From: Phycisphaerae bacterium
GTDB lineage: Bacteria > Planctomycetota > Phycisphaerae > FEN-1346
Length of the DNA: 64,000 nucleotides
Direction of reading: 5' to 3'
Assembly (NCBI GenBank): GCA_049678285.1
Contig: JBAUDW010000071.1
Location: 294-64,293 of the forward strand
A program made the position numbers and the translations under genes. Below, piece by piece: positions 9,347 to 17,384 of this stretch. The notes under the pieces were generated by a model. The model was not told the DNA's origin and did no database searches. It saw nothing but the letters and a program-made list of their open reading frames with translations. The stretch's first letter is position 1. Each line of letters begins with the position of its first letter.

Positions 9347-10003
9347 ATGCCGGAACCGGTCACTATCATAGGCTTCGGGGCGGGGTTCCTCGCCTTGACG
9401 AGCCATCTGGCCCGTCGCTACTTTGACGTCGCCAAGGAAGTCGCCGACATCGTCCTCGGATTCCTCGCCCTTGTGCTGAGCCTCCCCGTGTTGATCGTTT
9501 GCGCCGCCATTATCAAACTGTCGCGTTCCGGCCCCGTCCTTTACCGGCAGCAGCGCGTCGGGAAAAACGGTCGGCTGTTCAAGATGTACAAGTTGCGGAC
9601 GATGTACGCCAATGCCGAGTCGGCCACCGGCGCCGTGTGGGCGGCCCGCGGCGACCCGCGCGTCCTGCCGGCCTGCCGCTGGATGCGCCGTAGCCACGTC
9701 GACGAACTCCCGCAACTCATCAACGTGATCCGCGGCGACATGTCGCTGGTGGGGCCCAGGCCGGAACGGCCGGAAATCCTCAGCCAACTCGAAAAAACTT
9801 ACCCCGGCGTCCGCAAGCGGCTGGCGGTCCGGCCCGGCATCACGGGCTTGGCGCAAGTCCGCAACGGCTACGATACGAGCGTCGAGGCCTTCCGCGCCAA
9901 ACTGGAGGCTGACCTCGAATACATCGAGCAGCGGAACTGGAGCACCGAACTCCGGATCCTGGCAGCCACCATGGGCAAACTGCACGACCGCACGGCCCGT
10001 TAG
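9347..10003 (+). CDS. polyprenyl-phosphate sugar phosphotransferase (small bacterial sugar transferase, PglC/WbaP-C-terminal type), initiating EPS transferase
   Basis: One N-terminal TM segment (IVLGFLALVLSLPVLIVCAAII), then KLRTMYANAE, RRSHVDELPQLINVIRGDMSLVGPRPERPE and RPGITGLAQV, the hallmark sugar-transferase motifs. The start is chosen at the Met after the structured leader; the ORF track's 9155 start is read-through of the leader. Confidence 0.85.
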   Translation: MPEPVTIIGFGAGFLALTSHLARRYFDVAKEVADIVLGFLALVLSLPVLIVCAAIIKLSRSGPVLYRQQRVGKNGRLFKMYKLRTMYANAESATGAVWAARGDPRVLPACRWMRRSHVDELPQLINVIRGDMSLVGPRPERPEILSQLEKTYPGVRKRLAVRPGITGLAQVRNGYDTSVEAFRAKLEADLEYIEQRNWSTELRILAATMGKLHDRTAR

Positions 10004-10132
10004 CCGCACGGCCGCTTGAACAAAGGTGCTGCAACAGAAACTACACAGGATCGGAATGAACGCCACAACGAGGGCAGTACTCGGCCTTGTGGACCTGGCC
10101 ATTATCTTCATCCTCTAAGGAGGGAGAGTATT

Positions 10133-11278
10133 ATGATGTGCCGACAGGGAATTATCCTGGTAATCGCGGTGACCTTCCTGGCCAGCCTGGCCGGGACGGG
10201 GCAGGCCGTGACGGTCCCCCTGACGGACCCCACTTACATCCCGCACGATGATGTGCTGGCCTGGAACTGGCAGATCCTCGAGTTGAGCGGCGCCCTTGCA
10301 GCCGTACCGCACAGTCCCAGCGGCAACACCGTATGGCTGCGGATGTTCACGGGCGGCAATACCAACGCCACACCCAACGCCTCCCCCGTCTTTACGCCGG
10401 TGAAACTGGGCAACACCGATCTGAACCCGACGCAGAGCGCCCAGTACTGGTTCGGCCTGCATTATGACAACCAGGATGTCGTCGATAATGTTCTGACTGC
10501 CGGCCAGGTGCTAGGCGTGATCCAGGGGCTGGACGGCCCGACCGCCGTGTGTCCGGTGTTCCTCTTCGACCAGAACCAGTCCGGGGGCGCTTTCGGCAAC
10601 CCCATCCCGGAGGGATGGCCGACCGACCCCACGGCCCCCAACTACCCCAAGGACGACGCCATCTGGCTGCGGGGCCGCGTGATCCTGGTTCCGCCGAGCG
10701 CGATTCCCGGCGGCCTCGGCGCCCTGAATGGCTTGACGGCGACCCAGGTGAACGCACTGATCGACCCCCTGGTCCAGCCGGCGGTGCCCGGCATTCCCAA
10801 CCCGCCCGGCCCGTACGACTACATGCCCTCCGTCGACCCGGTTTCAGGCGTCGTCACGTTCTATTACCGGGATACGGTGTTCAGCGATTTCCCGGATGCC
10901 GCCGGCAACGCTTCGCATCCCACCTGGACGAACAACTGGGCCTACGCGCCAGGACTGTACGATCCGACGCTCTTTCTGCCGCTGCCTCCGGACTATTTTT
11001 CTCCAGAGGCGCTGTTAGAGTTGCCGGTCGACAACAACGGGCAGGGCGCGTTCGCCGACTGGGGCGGCTACTTCCCCCGGTTGGACCTGAGCCTGTATTC
11101 GGATTACGCCTTCTTCGTTGAACTCCAGTCGCGCTACAACAACGACGGGTTCGAAGAGTTGTACATCGTGGGCGGCCTGCCCCGGCGGCAGCCCATTCCC
11201 GAGCCGGTGACGATGGCCGGCCTTCTGCTCGGTATCGGCGGGCTGGTGACGTACGTGCGGAAGCGCCGGACAGCCTGA
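10133..11278 (+). CDS. PEP-CTERM sorting-domain protein (exosortase substrate) 1
   Basis: Signal peptide MMCRQGIILVIAVTFLASLAGTGQA. The C-terminus is IPEPVTMAGLLLGIGGLVTYVRKRRTA, i.e. PEP motif, TM helix and basic tail. AAGGAGGG lies upstream of the ATG. Confidence 0.85.
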   Translation: MMCRQGIILVIAVTFLASLAGTGQAVTVPLTDPTYIPHDDVLAWNWQILELSGALAAVPHSPSGNTVWLRMFTGGNTNATPNASPVFTPVKLGNTDLNPTQSAQYWFGLHYDNQDVVDNVLTAGQVLGVIQGLDGPTAVCPVFLFDQNQSGGAFGNPIPEGWPTDPTAPNYPKDDAIWLRGRVILVPPSAIPGGLGALNGLTATQVNALIDPLVQPAVPGIPNPPGPYDYMPSVDPVSGVVTFYYRDTVFSDFPDAAGNASHPTWTNNWAYAPGLYDPTLFLPLPPDYFSPEALLELPVDNNGQGAFADWGGYFPRLDLSLYSDYAFFVELQSRYNNDGFEELYIVGGLPRRQPIPEPVTMAGLLLGIGGLVTYVRKRRTA

Positions 11279-11464
11279 CTGGCGCTCAGCAGCAAGAAAA
11301 GGAGGTGGGTTGAACAGAAGAGCGCCAAACACTACGACGCCTGTCCAGGTCAGATGACGGCTGCCGACTGATCAGGACAGGGGGAAGGATTGGGACCTGT
11401 GCGGTGGCCGAAAAGCGGTTTCCGAGGGGTAAGTCGGATCCGAAACTATTTAGGAGATCGAATC

Positions 11465-12436
11465 ATGAGGTACTGCAAATTGCTTTTGATGTGCGGCATG
11501 GTGCTCGCCTTGAGCAGCCCGGTGTGGGCGCTTTCCACAACCATTCCGTTCCAGACGGCCTACGTCGGGCCGGTATCATGGCACTTCTCCGACTGGGATG
11601 AGGGGCGCGTGTACACGGGGTTGCTCGCGGACAACCAAACGCCGGTTACGGTAGGCCAAGTCTATGCGCCGGGCGACCTTCAGTCTATTGCTCCCAAAGG
11701 GCCTGCAGGGGTCGGGGATGCCTGGGGTATCATGCGCGTTGAAACCATTTACAACGCGACGTTGACCGGTCCCAACTCCATGACCATCGGCAGCACGCTA
11801 CTGTATGGTTATGGCGACAGTGGGACAGAACTCGCGGGCATTTTCTACGGCCGGCAAGATGACCAGATCATCTTCAACGCGGATGGGTCGCAGACCATCT
11901 ACTCGGACCCATTGGGTTACTTCGGTGACCGAGTCGACCTGTACATTCAGCCGGTCGGAACGGCGGCTAACTGGGATACGGGTATGGCTGGTCCGGGCGC
12001 GTCTGGAGCGGTGGGCGTATACCCCGGTATCGGTGACGATCCTGATTCCACGTTGGTTCTGACCGGTTACATCACGCCGGGCTTCTTGAATGGCGGTCTT
12101 GACGGCGTGTTTTCGAACTTCACGCCGGCTGGCAATACGGGCGAAGGCACATACGGACTCTACCTCACATGGGATGGCGGAACGGATCTGAATCGGTTCG
12201 GCTCCCCGGCCTGGCCGGGCATTTTCCCGTTCTTTGGCGGGCCGGGTGCTCCATTCGATGCCGATGCTCGTCTCAAGGGCACGATCTCGCCCACCATTTA
12301 CCCGTTAGCCGACCCGTGGCTGGTGAACACGTCCGATCCGGCGTTCATGTATGTCGCCGTTCCCGAGCCTGTGACGATGGCCGGCATGCTCCTGGGTATC
12401 GGTTGCCTGGGCAGTTACCTCCGCAAGCGTCGTTAA
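11465..12436 (+). CDS. PEP-CTERM sorting-domain protein (exosortase substrate) 2
   Basis: Signal peptide MRYCKLLLMCGMVLALSSPVWA. C-terminal VPEPVTMAGMLLGIGCLGSYLRKRR. Its passenger region is unrelated to that of protein 1. Confidence 0.85.
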   Translation: MRYCKLLLMCGMVLALSSPVWALSTTIPFQTAYVGPVSWHFSDWDEGRVYTGLLADNQTPVTVGQVYAPGDLQSIAPKGPAGVGDAWGIMRVETIYNATLTGPNSMTIGSTLLYGYGDSGTELAGIFYGRQDDQIIFNADGSQTIYSDPLGYFGDRVDLYIQPVGTAANWDTGMAGPGASGAVGVYPGIGDDPDSTLVLTGYITPGFLNGGLDGVFSNFTPAGNTGEGTYGLYLTWDGGTDLNRFGSPAWPGIFPFFGGPGAPFDADARLKGTISPTIYPLADPWLVNTSDPAFMYVAVPEPVTMAGMLLGIGCLGSYLRKRR

Positions 12437-12488
12437 CCGCTTGCCTGAAGGGCCGTACCGCTGTATTCGGTTGTGCATAAAGGGCTGC

Positions 12489-12538
12489 TCGGGGCGTCCT
12501 GCGGCCGAAAGGCCGGGGAGTGCGCCCTCAGTCTTTTT
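12489..12538 (+). terminator. putative intrinsic terminator after the PEP-CTERM gene pair
   Basis: GC-rich imperfect hairpin GGGCGTCCTGCGGCC-GAAA-GGCCGGGGAGTGCGCCC with a GAAA tetraloop, followed by TCAGTCTTTTTG. Confidence 0.45.
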
Positions 12539-12726
12539 GCAGGGGGGCTGCCGCTGAGGCGGGGCAGGACCGTCGCTTCTCCTTCGGGACAGGAGGGGGT
12601 GCCGGCGCACGAGCGGCTCGGCACCCCATCTGGGGCGAAGCACCAGATCGTCTCTCCTGCCCCTGTGGTTCGGTATCCTCGTGGGAACGGGGGGCTCCCT
12701 TCGATCTCGCGGATCTGGCAAAGGGG

Positions 12727-12755
12727 TTACTACCGGGGCCTTTCCATGGTATGAT
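12727..12755 (+). promoter_or_regulatory. possible extended -10 promoter (TGGTATGAT) giving a near-leaderless transcript for the SDR gene
   Basis: TGgTATGAT at 12747-12755, 8 nt before the ATG at 12764, with a weak -35-like TTACTA 17 nt upstream. No SD is evident. Confidence 0.3.
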
Positions 12756-12763
12756 AGCACACG

Positions 12764-13636
12764 ATGAAAACCGCTTTAGTAACGGGCGCAAGTTCGGGCA
12801 TCGGAGCCGCCTGTGCTGTTGCGTTGGCGGACAAGGGATTCCGGGTGTGCCTGACCGCCAGGAGGGGGGATCGCCTTGAAAGGCTCGCCGCACAGATCAA
12901 CGCTCACCACGGACCTGACCGGGCGATGTACGTCGCCGGCGACGTGACCGACGAGGATGCTCGAAAAGAGACGTTGGGTTCCCTGCTGTCCCGATGGGGC
13001 CGCATCGATGTTCTCGTGAATAACGCAGGCATAGTCGTAGGTGGCGCGGTCGAAGAGTTGCCTCTCCCCTCCGTACGGAGGCAGTTCGAAGTGAATACCA
13101 TTGCCTGCCTCGCGTGGATGCAGAGCGTGGGCCCGATCATGCGCCAACAACGGTCAGGCCGGATCATCAACATGAGTTCAATATCGGGGTGTATCGCCTT
13201 CCCCTGTTCAGGGGCTTACGCGGCTGCCAAGTTTGCGCTCGAAGCCCTGAGCGATGCCGCTCGAGTCGAGTACAAGCCCTGGGGGGTGGATATCATCGTC
13301 ATTGAGCCTGGCTCGGTGGTGACGGAGATCTGGGAAAGGGGCCAGGTGCTGGCAGAGTCCTCTCTTCCGAATTGGGAATCGAGCCCCTTTAGAGGTCTCT
13401 ATGCAGCCGAGCGTGAACATGCTCGGCAAATGATGGAGGGCAGGGGCCCAGGTCCCGAGATCGTGGCACGCGTGGTATGCCGTGCAGCCACGACAAAGCG
13501 GCCCAAGGCCCGCTACCGAGTTTCGAGAGAGGCTTGGCTCTTGAGTATCCTGGCAATTATGCCAACGCATCTGAGGGACTGGGTCATCCGGCGTCTCTAT
13601 GGAGTTGGGCGCGATACCCGCGCAGAGGGCCCGTGA
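12764..13636 (+). CDS. SDR-family short-chain dehydrogenase/reductase
   Basis: TGASSGIGAA Rossmann motif, NNAG, and the S..YAAAK catalytic triad. Confidence 0.85.
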   Translation: MKTALVTGASSGIGAACAVALADKGFRVCLTARRGDRLERLAAQINAHHGPDRAMYVAGDVTDEDARKETLGSLLSRWGRIDVLVNNAGIVVGGAVEELPLPSVRRQFEVNTIACLAWMQSVGPIMRQQRSGRIINMSSISGCIAFPCSGAYAAAKFALEALSDAARVEYKPWGVDIIVIEPGSVVTEIWERGQVLAESSLPNWESSPFRGLYAAEREHARQMMEGRGPGPEIVARVVCRAATTKRPKARYRVSREAWLLSILAIMPTHLRDWVIRRLYGVGRDTRAEGP

Positions 13637-13655
13637 GGCAAGGTGTTCAGTCCCA

Positions 13656-14980
13656 CGAGATCACCCATTTTGAGATGGGGCCAAAGGAAAGACCTCCCAA
13701 GTGCCGAGTTTGCAGGTGGTTAGATGCACCAGGCACGGAAGGGAGGTCGTCATGCGAAAGCAAAGTCTTCTGATGAAAGTGTCGGCCCGTTTGGAGACGT
13801 TTCTGAAGCCAATTTTGGCGGAGGTGGACAAGGTTCGCCGGCGGTTCGTTCGGCAGGCTGTCACGGGGATTCTGACCAGCCGGTCGCTGGTGGTGACCGA
13901 GATGGCCCGCCGGATCCACGACGGCACCGCGGCGCTCGATTACACCGCCAAACGCCTCTGCCGCGAACTGGTGGCCGAGACGTGGCACCTGCCGACGCTC
14001 CAACAGCGCCACCTTGACGCGGTCGCCTCCTGGGTCGGCGAGGAGACACCCATCGCCGTGGACCTGACGGACCTGGCCAAGCCGCGTGGGCGGCAGTTCG
14101 AGTACCTGGCCCTCGTACGCGACGGCGACCAGGATCGACTGCAGCCCGGCTACTGGTGTCTGGAAGCCTACACGGCCGATGGCGAGGAACCGCTGCCGCT
14201 TGTTCTGCAGCCGTTCAGCGTCCAGGACCCGCGGACGCCGAGTCAGAACCTCGTCATCTTGGCGGCCCTGGAGCAGTTGCGTCAGACGTTTGCCAACCGC
14301 GGACTGTACCTCTTTGACCGCGGCTTCGATGCCGGAGAGATCCTCAACGCCTTGCTGGATAAAGGGATGCGCTTCCTGGTGCGGCTCCGCGGCGACCGCC
14401 ATCTGGTCCTGGACCATGGCGTCCGGTTGCCCGCTCGCGACATCGCCGATCGGCTGGCGACGGCGAACGTGGCATGGCGTTGGCGACCGGCCTCTTGCCG
14501 GCTCGATGCGCACTGGATCGGGTACCTGCCGGCCCGCCTGCCCGGACGCCCGGAGCCGCTGACGCTGGTCGTCGCCCTCTTCCCTGGACCGGACGGGGGG
14601 ATGATGATGCTCCTGACGAATCGGGCGGTCGCGTCCGCCCCACAGGCCGAGCACACGCTCCGGCTCTATGCCCACCGGTGGAAGGCCGAGGAGGGCATCC
14701 GGGTCCTGAAGCAGGAGGTCGGCCTGGAGGGGTTCCGCATCCGATGCCTGGAAGCCATCCGGCGTCTGGTCTTCCTCGCCCTTCTGGCGATCGCGTTCCT
14801 GGTGTCGATCAGCGAAAAGACCCTCAGCCTCGCCGAGCAGATCATCCGACGCGGTCAGCCGCTCCGCCGCGCCCGCGGCATGATCCTCTACCGCCTCGCT
14901 CGCGGCATACGCTATCTCTTCACACACCTATCCCCACCCAACCTCGCCGCACTCAGGAGATTCCAAAATGGGTGATCTCG
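13656..14980 (+). mobile_element. IS4-superfamily (IS701/IS4-like) insertion sequence with perfect 17-bp terminal inverted repeats
   Basis: CGAGATCACCCATTTTG at 13656-13672 is the exact reverse complement of CAAAATGGGTGATCTCG at 14964-14980. One transposase ORF lies between them, ending inside the right IR. No clean target-site duplication was recognised. Confidence 0.8.
13752..14975 (+). CDS. IS4-family DDE transposase
   Basis: GGGAGG SD, then ATG at 13752. It carries DLTDLAKP, FDRGFDAGE and LYAHRWKAEEGIRVLKQ (the Y-R-E-K signature of IS4-superfamily DDE transposases). Confidence 0.8.
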   Translation: MRKQSLLMKVSARLETFLKPILAEVDKVRRRFVRQAVTGILTSRSLVVTEMARRIHDGTAALDYTAKRLCRELVAETWHLPTLQQRHLDAVASWVGEETPIAVDLTDLAKPRGRQFEYLALVRDGDQDRLQPGYWCLEAYTADGEEPLPLVLQPFSVQDPRTPSQNLVILAALEQLRQTFANRGLYLFDRGFDAGEILNALLDKGMRFLVRLRGDRHLVLDHGVRLPARDIADRLATANVAWRWRPASCRLDAHWIGYLPARLPGRPEPLTLVVALFPGPDGGMMMLLTNRAVASAPQAEHTLRLYAHRWKAEEGIRVLKQEVGLEGFRIRCLEAIRRLVFLALLAIAFLVSISEKTLSLAEQIIRRGQPLRRARGMILYRLARGIRYLFTHLSPPNLAALRRFQNG

Positions 14981-15307
14981 AGGTTTAGTCCCCCCTGTTG
15001 CTCTTGGCGCGGAACCCCGTTGGGTTGTGTTTCTCTGAGGCGAGCGGACACAGGCATCAGGGAAAATCGCCCTTTTTCAGGGGGTGTTCTCGCTGGCCCC
15101 GCAATATGGTGGAAGGAGTCGCCTTGGTGTCGAACCACGGCCAGCCACGCCTATAACACGTTGTCACCAAATGGTTTACATCGAGTGTACCCCGCATCTG
15201 GTTGCCCACATCAGGAGACGGAGGATTTGACAAGGAGGGCAGTATGCGTAGTCTTAAGTTCAGCAAGAAGGCCTGTGGGGGGTTGCGGAGTACAAAGGAG
15301 GATTGCG

Positions 15308-16267
15308 ATGGTGTCACCCGTTCGATGTGGGACCGTATTGGATCGGCCTCGTGGTGTGGAAGTTGTCACCAAAGGGGGCGAGCAATCGCAACAGAAGGCC
15401 CGGGAAAGTCGACGCATGGCACTGCTCAAACGGATGGGCCTATTTGGCACGGACACCAAGGGGGCTGTCATTCGGCGAGCCATTTCAGTGGAAGACCTTG
15501 CCGCGGCCTATCGCTTGGTTCATGACGCTTTTGTCGAGAAGGGGTACATCCAACCTCAACCTGCAGGCCTGCGACTCCGCGTGACCGAAGCCCTGCCGCA
15601 GACCGCGACCTTCATCGCCGAGGCTGGCCCAAGGGTAGTGGGCGTTCAAAGTATCGCGGTGGACTCAGACGAGTTTGGCCTTCCTTCGGACGGGGCATTT
15701 CGCAGCGAGATCGATGCCCTTCGGATCGGCGGAAGAAGGGTATGTGAAGCCACGAATCAGGCGGTCGCAGCGGATTACAGGAAGACGGCCGTGCCGACCG
15801 AACTGATGCGCTGCATGTTCGCGCATGCCCTGGCCATCGGCTGCGATGAACTGATCACTGCGGTTAGCCCTGGGCACGCGCGGTTCTTCGGGCTCCTTGG
15901 GTTTGAACAGATAAGTTCCGTGCGCAGTTACTCCACCGAACTCGACGACCCCGTTGTGGTCATGCGCGTCAATGTTTACGATCTGGTCAAGTGGGCTGCG
16001 AGGGCACAGGAAGACCAGGACGACGGGGCGCTTTTCGTCAGGTCCCGGTGCTTGGAGGACAATCCGTACTGCCGGCAGGTAAAAAACTGGGCAGCGGAAG
16101 CGGCAAAAACTTTCGCCGATCCTGCGGCCCTGCACAGACTCTTCGTGGCTCAGGGCAATCTCCTGAGGAATTGCTCGGCGGAAGAGCTCGCGGCCATCTG
16201 CCGACAGTGGGGTTTTGAGGTCTTTGACCAGGTATGCGGCGCCGAGCAGGTGCTCGCGACCGTATAA
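15308..16267 (+). CDS. GNAT-fold acyltransferase, N-acyl amino acid synthase / autoinducer-synthase-like (exosortase-associated acyltransferase-like), paralog 1
   Basis: AAGGAGG SD, then ATG at 15308; the longer track ORF from 14474 is read-through across the IS. Conserved blocks are shared with paralog 2 (AAYRLVHDAFVEKGYIQP, RVCEATNQAVAADYRKTAVPTELMRCMFAHAL, ELITAVSPGHARFFGLLGFE). Confidence 0.55.
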   Translation: MVSPVRCGTVLDRPRGVEVVTKGGEQSQQKARESRRMALLKRMGLFGTDTKGAVIRRAISVEDLAAAYRLVHDAFVEKGYIQPQPAGLRLRVTEALPQTATFIAEAGPRVVGVQSIAVDSDEFGLPSDGAFRSEIDALRIGGRRVCEATNQAVAADYRKTAVPTELMRCMFAHALAIGCDELITAVSPGHARFFGLLGFEQISSVRSYSTELDDPVVVMRVNVYDLVKWAARAQEDQDDGALFVRSRCLEDNPYCRQVKNWAAEAAKTFADPAALHRLFVAQGNLLRNCSAEELAAICRQWGFEVFDQVCGAEQVLATV

Positions 16268-16391
16268 GACCTCTCCTGGACCCAGGTCTGTGGAGACATG
16301 GGAGGAGATTCTGCGGAACAGGTGATGGATCTGGCGCTCGCTTGAGTGCTGTGTCCACGGCTGCCGCACGAGAAGAGGGGAGGTCGTGAGA

Positions 16392-17366
16392 ATGGATCGG
16401 GGTGCGATTGTCAATCGGGGGGAGCGGCGAAGGCTGGCCGCCGACGAGGGCCCGGTTTCCCCCGCGGCCGAAAAGCGAGAGAAGCGCTTGGCGCTTCTGA
16501 TGCGGCTTGGCTTTTTTGGGTCCGATACCCGGTCCGCCGTCATCACGCGGGCCGTGACCGTGGACGAACTCGAGGCCGCCTATCGGCTCGCGCACGACTG
16601 CTTCGTGGAGCGAGGCTGTATCGAGCCGGCGCCGAGCGGCCTGCGGATGCGCTTGTGGGAGGCCCTTCCGGAGATGGCCACCTTTGTGGCCACGGTCGAC
16701 GGCCAGGTCGTCGGTGTGCAGAGCCTCGTGACGAACAGCCCCGGACTCGGCCTGCCCTCGGACGTGGCCTTCCGCGACGAGATCGATGTGCTGAGGATGG
16801 GTCCGTGGCCCACGCGCTCCGGCAGCGGTCGCATCATCTGCGAGGCCACCAACCAGGCCATTGCGCCGGCCTACCGCCACAGTGCCGTCGCCACCGAGTT
16901 GATGCGGTGCCTGTTCGCACACGCCCTGATGGTTGGGTGCGGCGAACTCATCACGGCCGTCAGTCCCGGCCACAGCAGGTTCTACGAGTTGCTCGGGTTC
17001 GAGACGATCAGCACCGTCTGCAGTGGCTCGGTCCACAGCGACGCGCCCGCCGTGCTCATGCGGGCGAACGTCACCGACCTGGTCGATCGCGCGTCCGAGG
17101 CCGACGACAATAGCGACGGCGCCACCCTCTTCATCAAGTGCCGGTGCCTTGCCAGCAATCCCTACCGCGAGAAGGTCCGTCAGTGGGATGCCGAGGCCCA
17201 GGCCGTCTTCGCCGACCCGGAGGGGCTCCGCCGTCTCTTCGTGGAGGCGGGCGGCTTGCTGAGCCGGTGCAGCGAGGAGGAGCGCGAGGCGGTCTGCCAG
17301 TCCTGGGGCGCCGACGTTTTCGCGGCGGTGTGCTGGGCTGGCGCGGCCGAAGTCGGCCGCGCGTAG
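16392..17366 (+). CDS. GNAT-fold acyltransferase, N-acyl amino acid synthase-like, paralog 2 (tandem duplicate, ~55% identical to paralog 1)
   Basis: GGGGAGG SD, then ATG at 16392. It is colinear with paralog 1 over the whole length (AAYRLAHDCFVERGCIEP, IICEATNQAIAPAYRHSAVATELMRCLFAHAL, ELITAVSPGHSRFYELLGFE). Confidence 0.55.
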   Translation: MDRGAIVNRGERRRLAADEGPVSPAAEKREKRLALLMRLGFFGSDTRSAVITRAVTVDELEAAYRLAHDCFVERGCIEPAPSGLRMRLWEALPEMATFVATVDGQVVGVQSLVTNSPGLGLPSDVAFRDEIDVLRMGPWPTRSGSGRIICEATNQAIAPAYRHSAVATELMRCLFAHALMVGCGELITAVSPGHSRFYELLGFETISTVCSGSVHSDAPAVLMRANVTDLVDRASEADDNSDGATLFIKCRCLASNPYREKVRQWDAEAQAVFADPEGLRRLFVEAGGLLSRCSEEEREAVCQSWGADVFAAVCWAGAAEVGRA

Positions 17367-17384
17367 AAGCCTGTTGCGGCAACG

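Noticed and set aside
8783-10111. 442-codon minus-strand ORF spanning the promoter island and the sugar transferase
   Set aside because: It is antisense to the motif-rich sugar transferase, runs across the AT-rich regulatory island and hairpins, and has no family resemblance.
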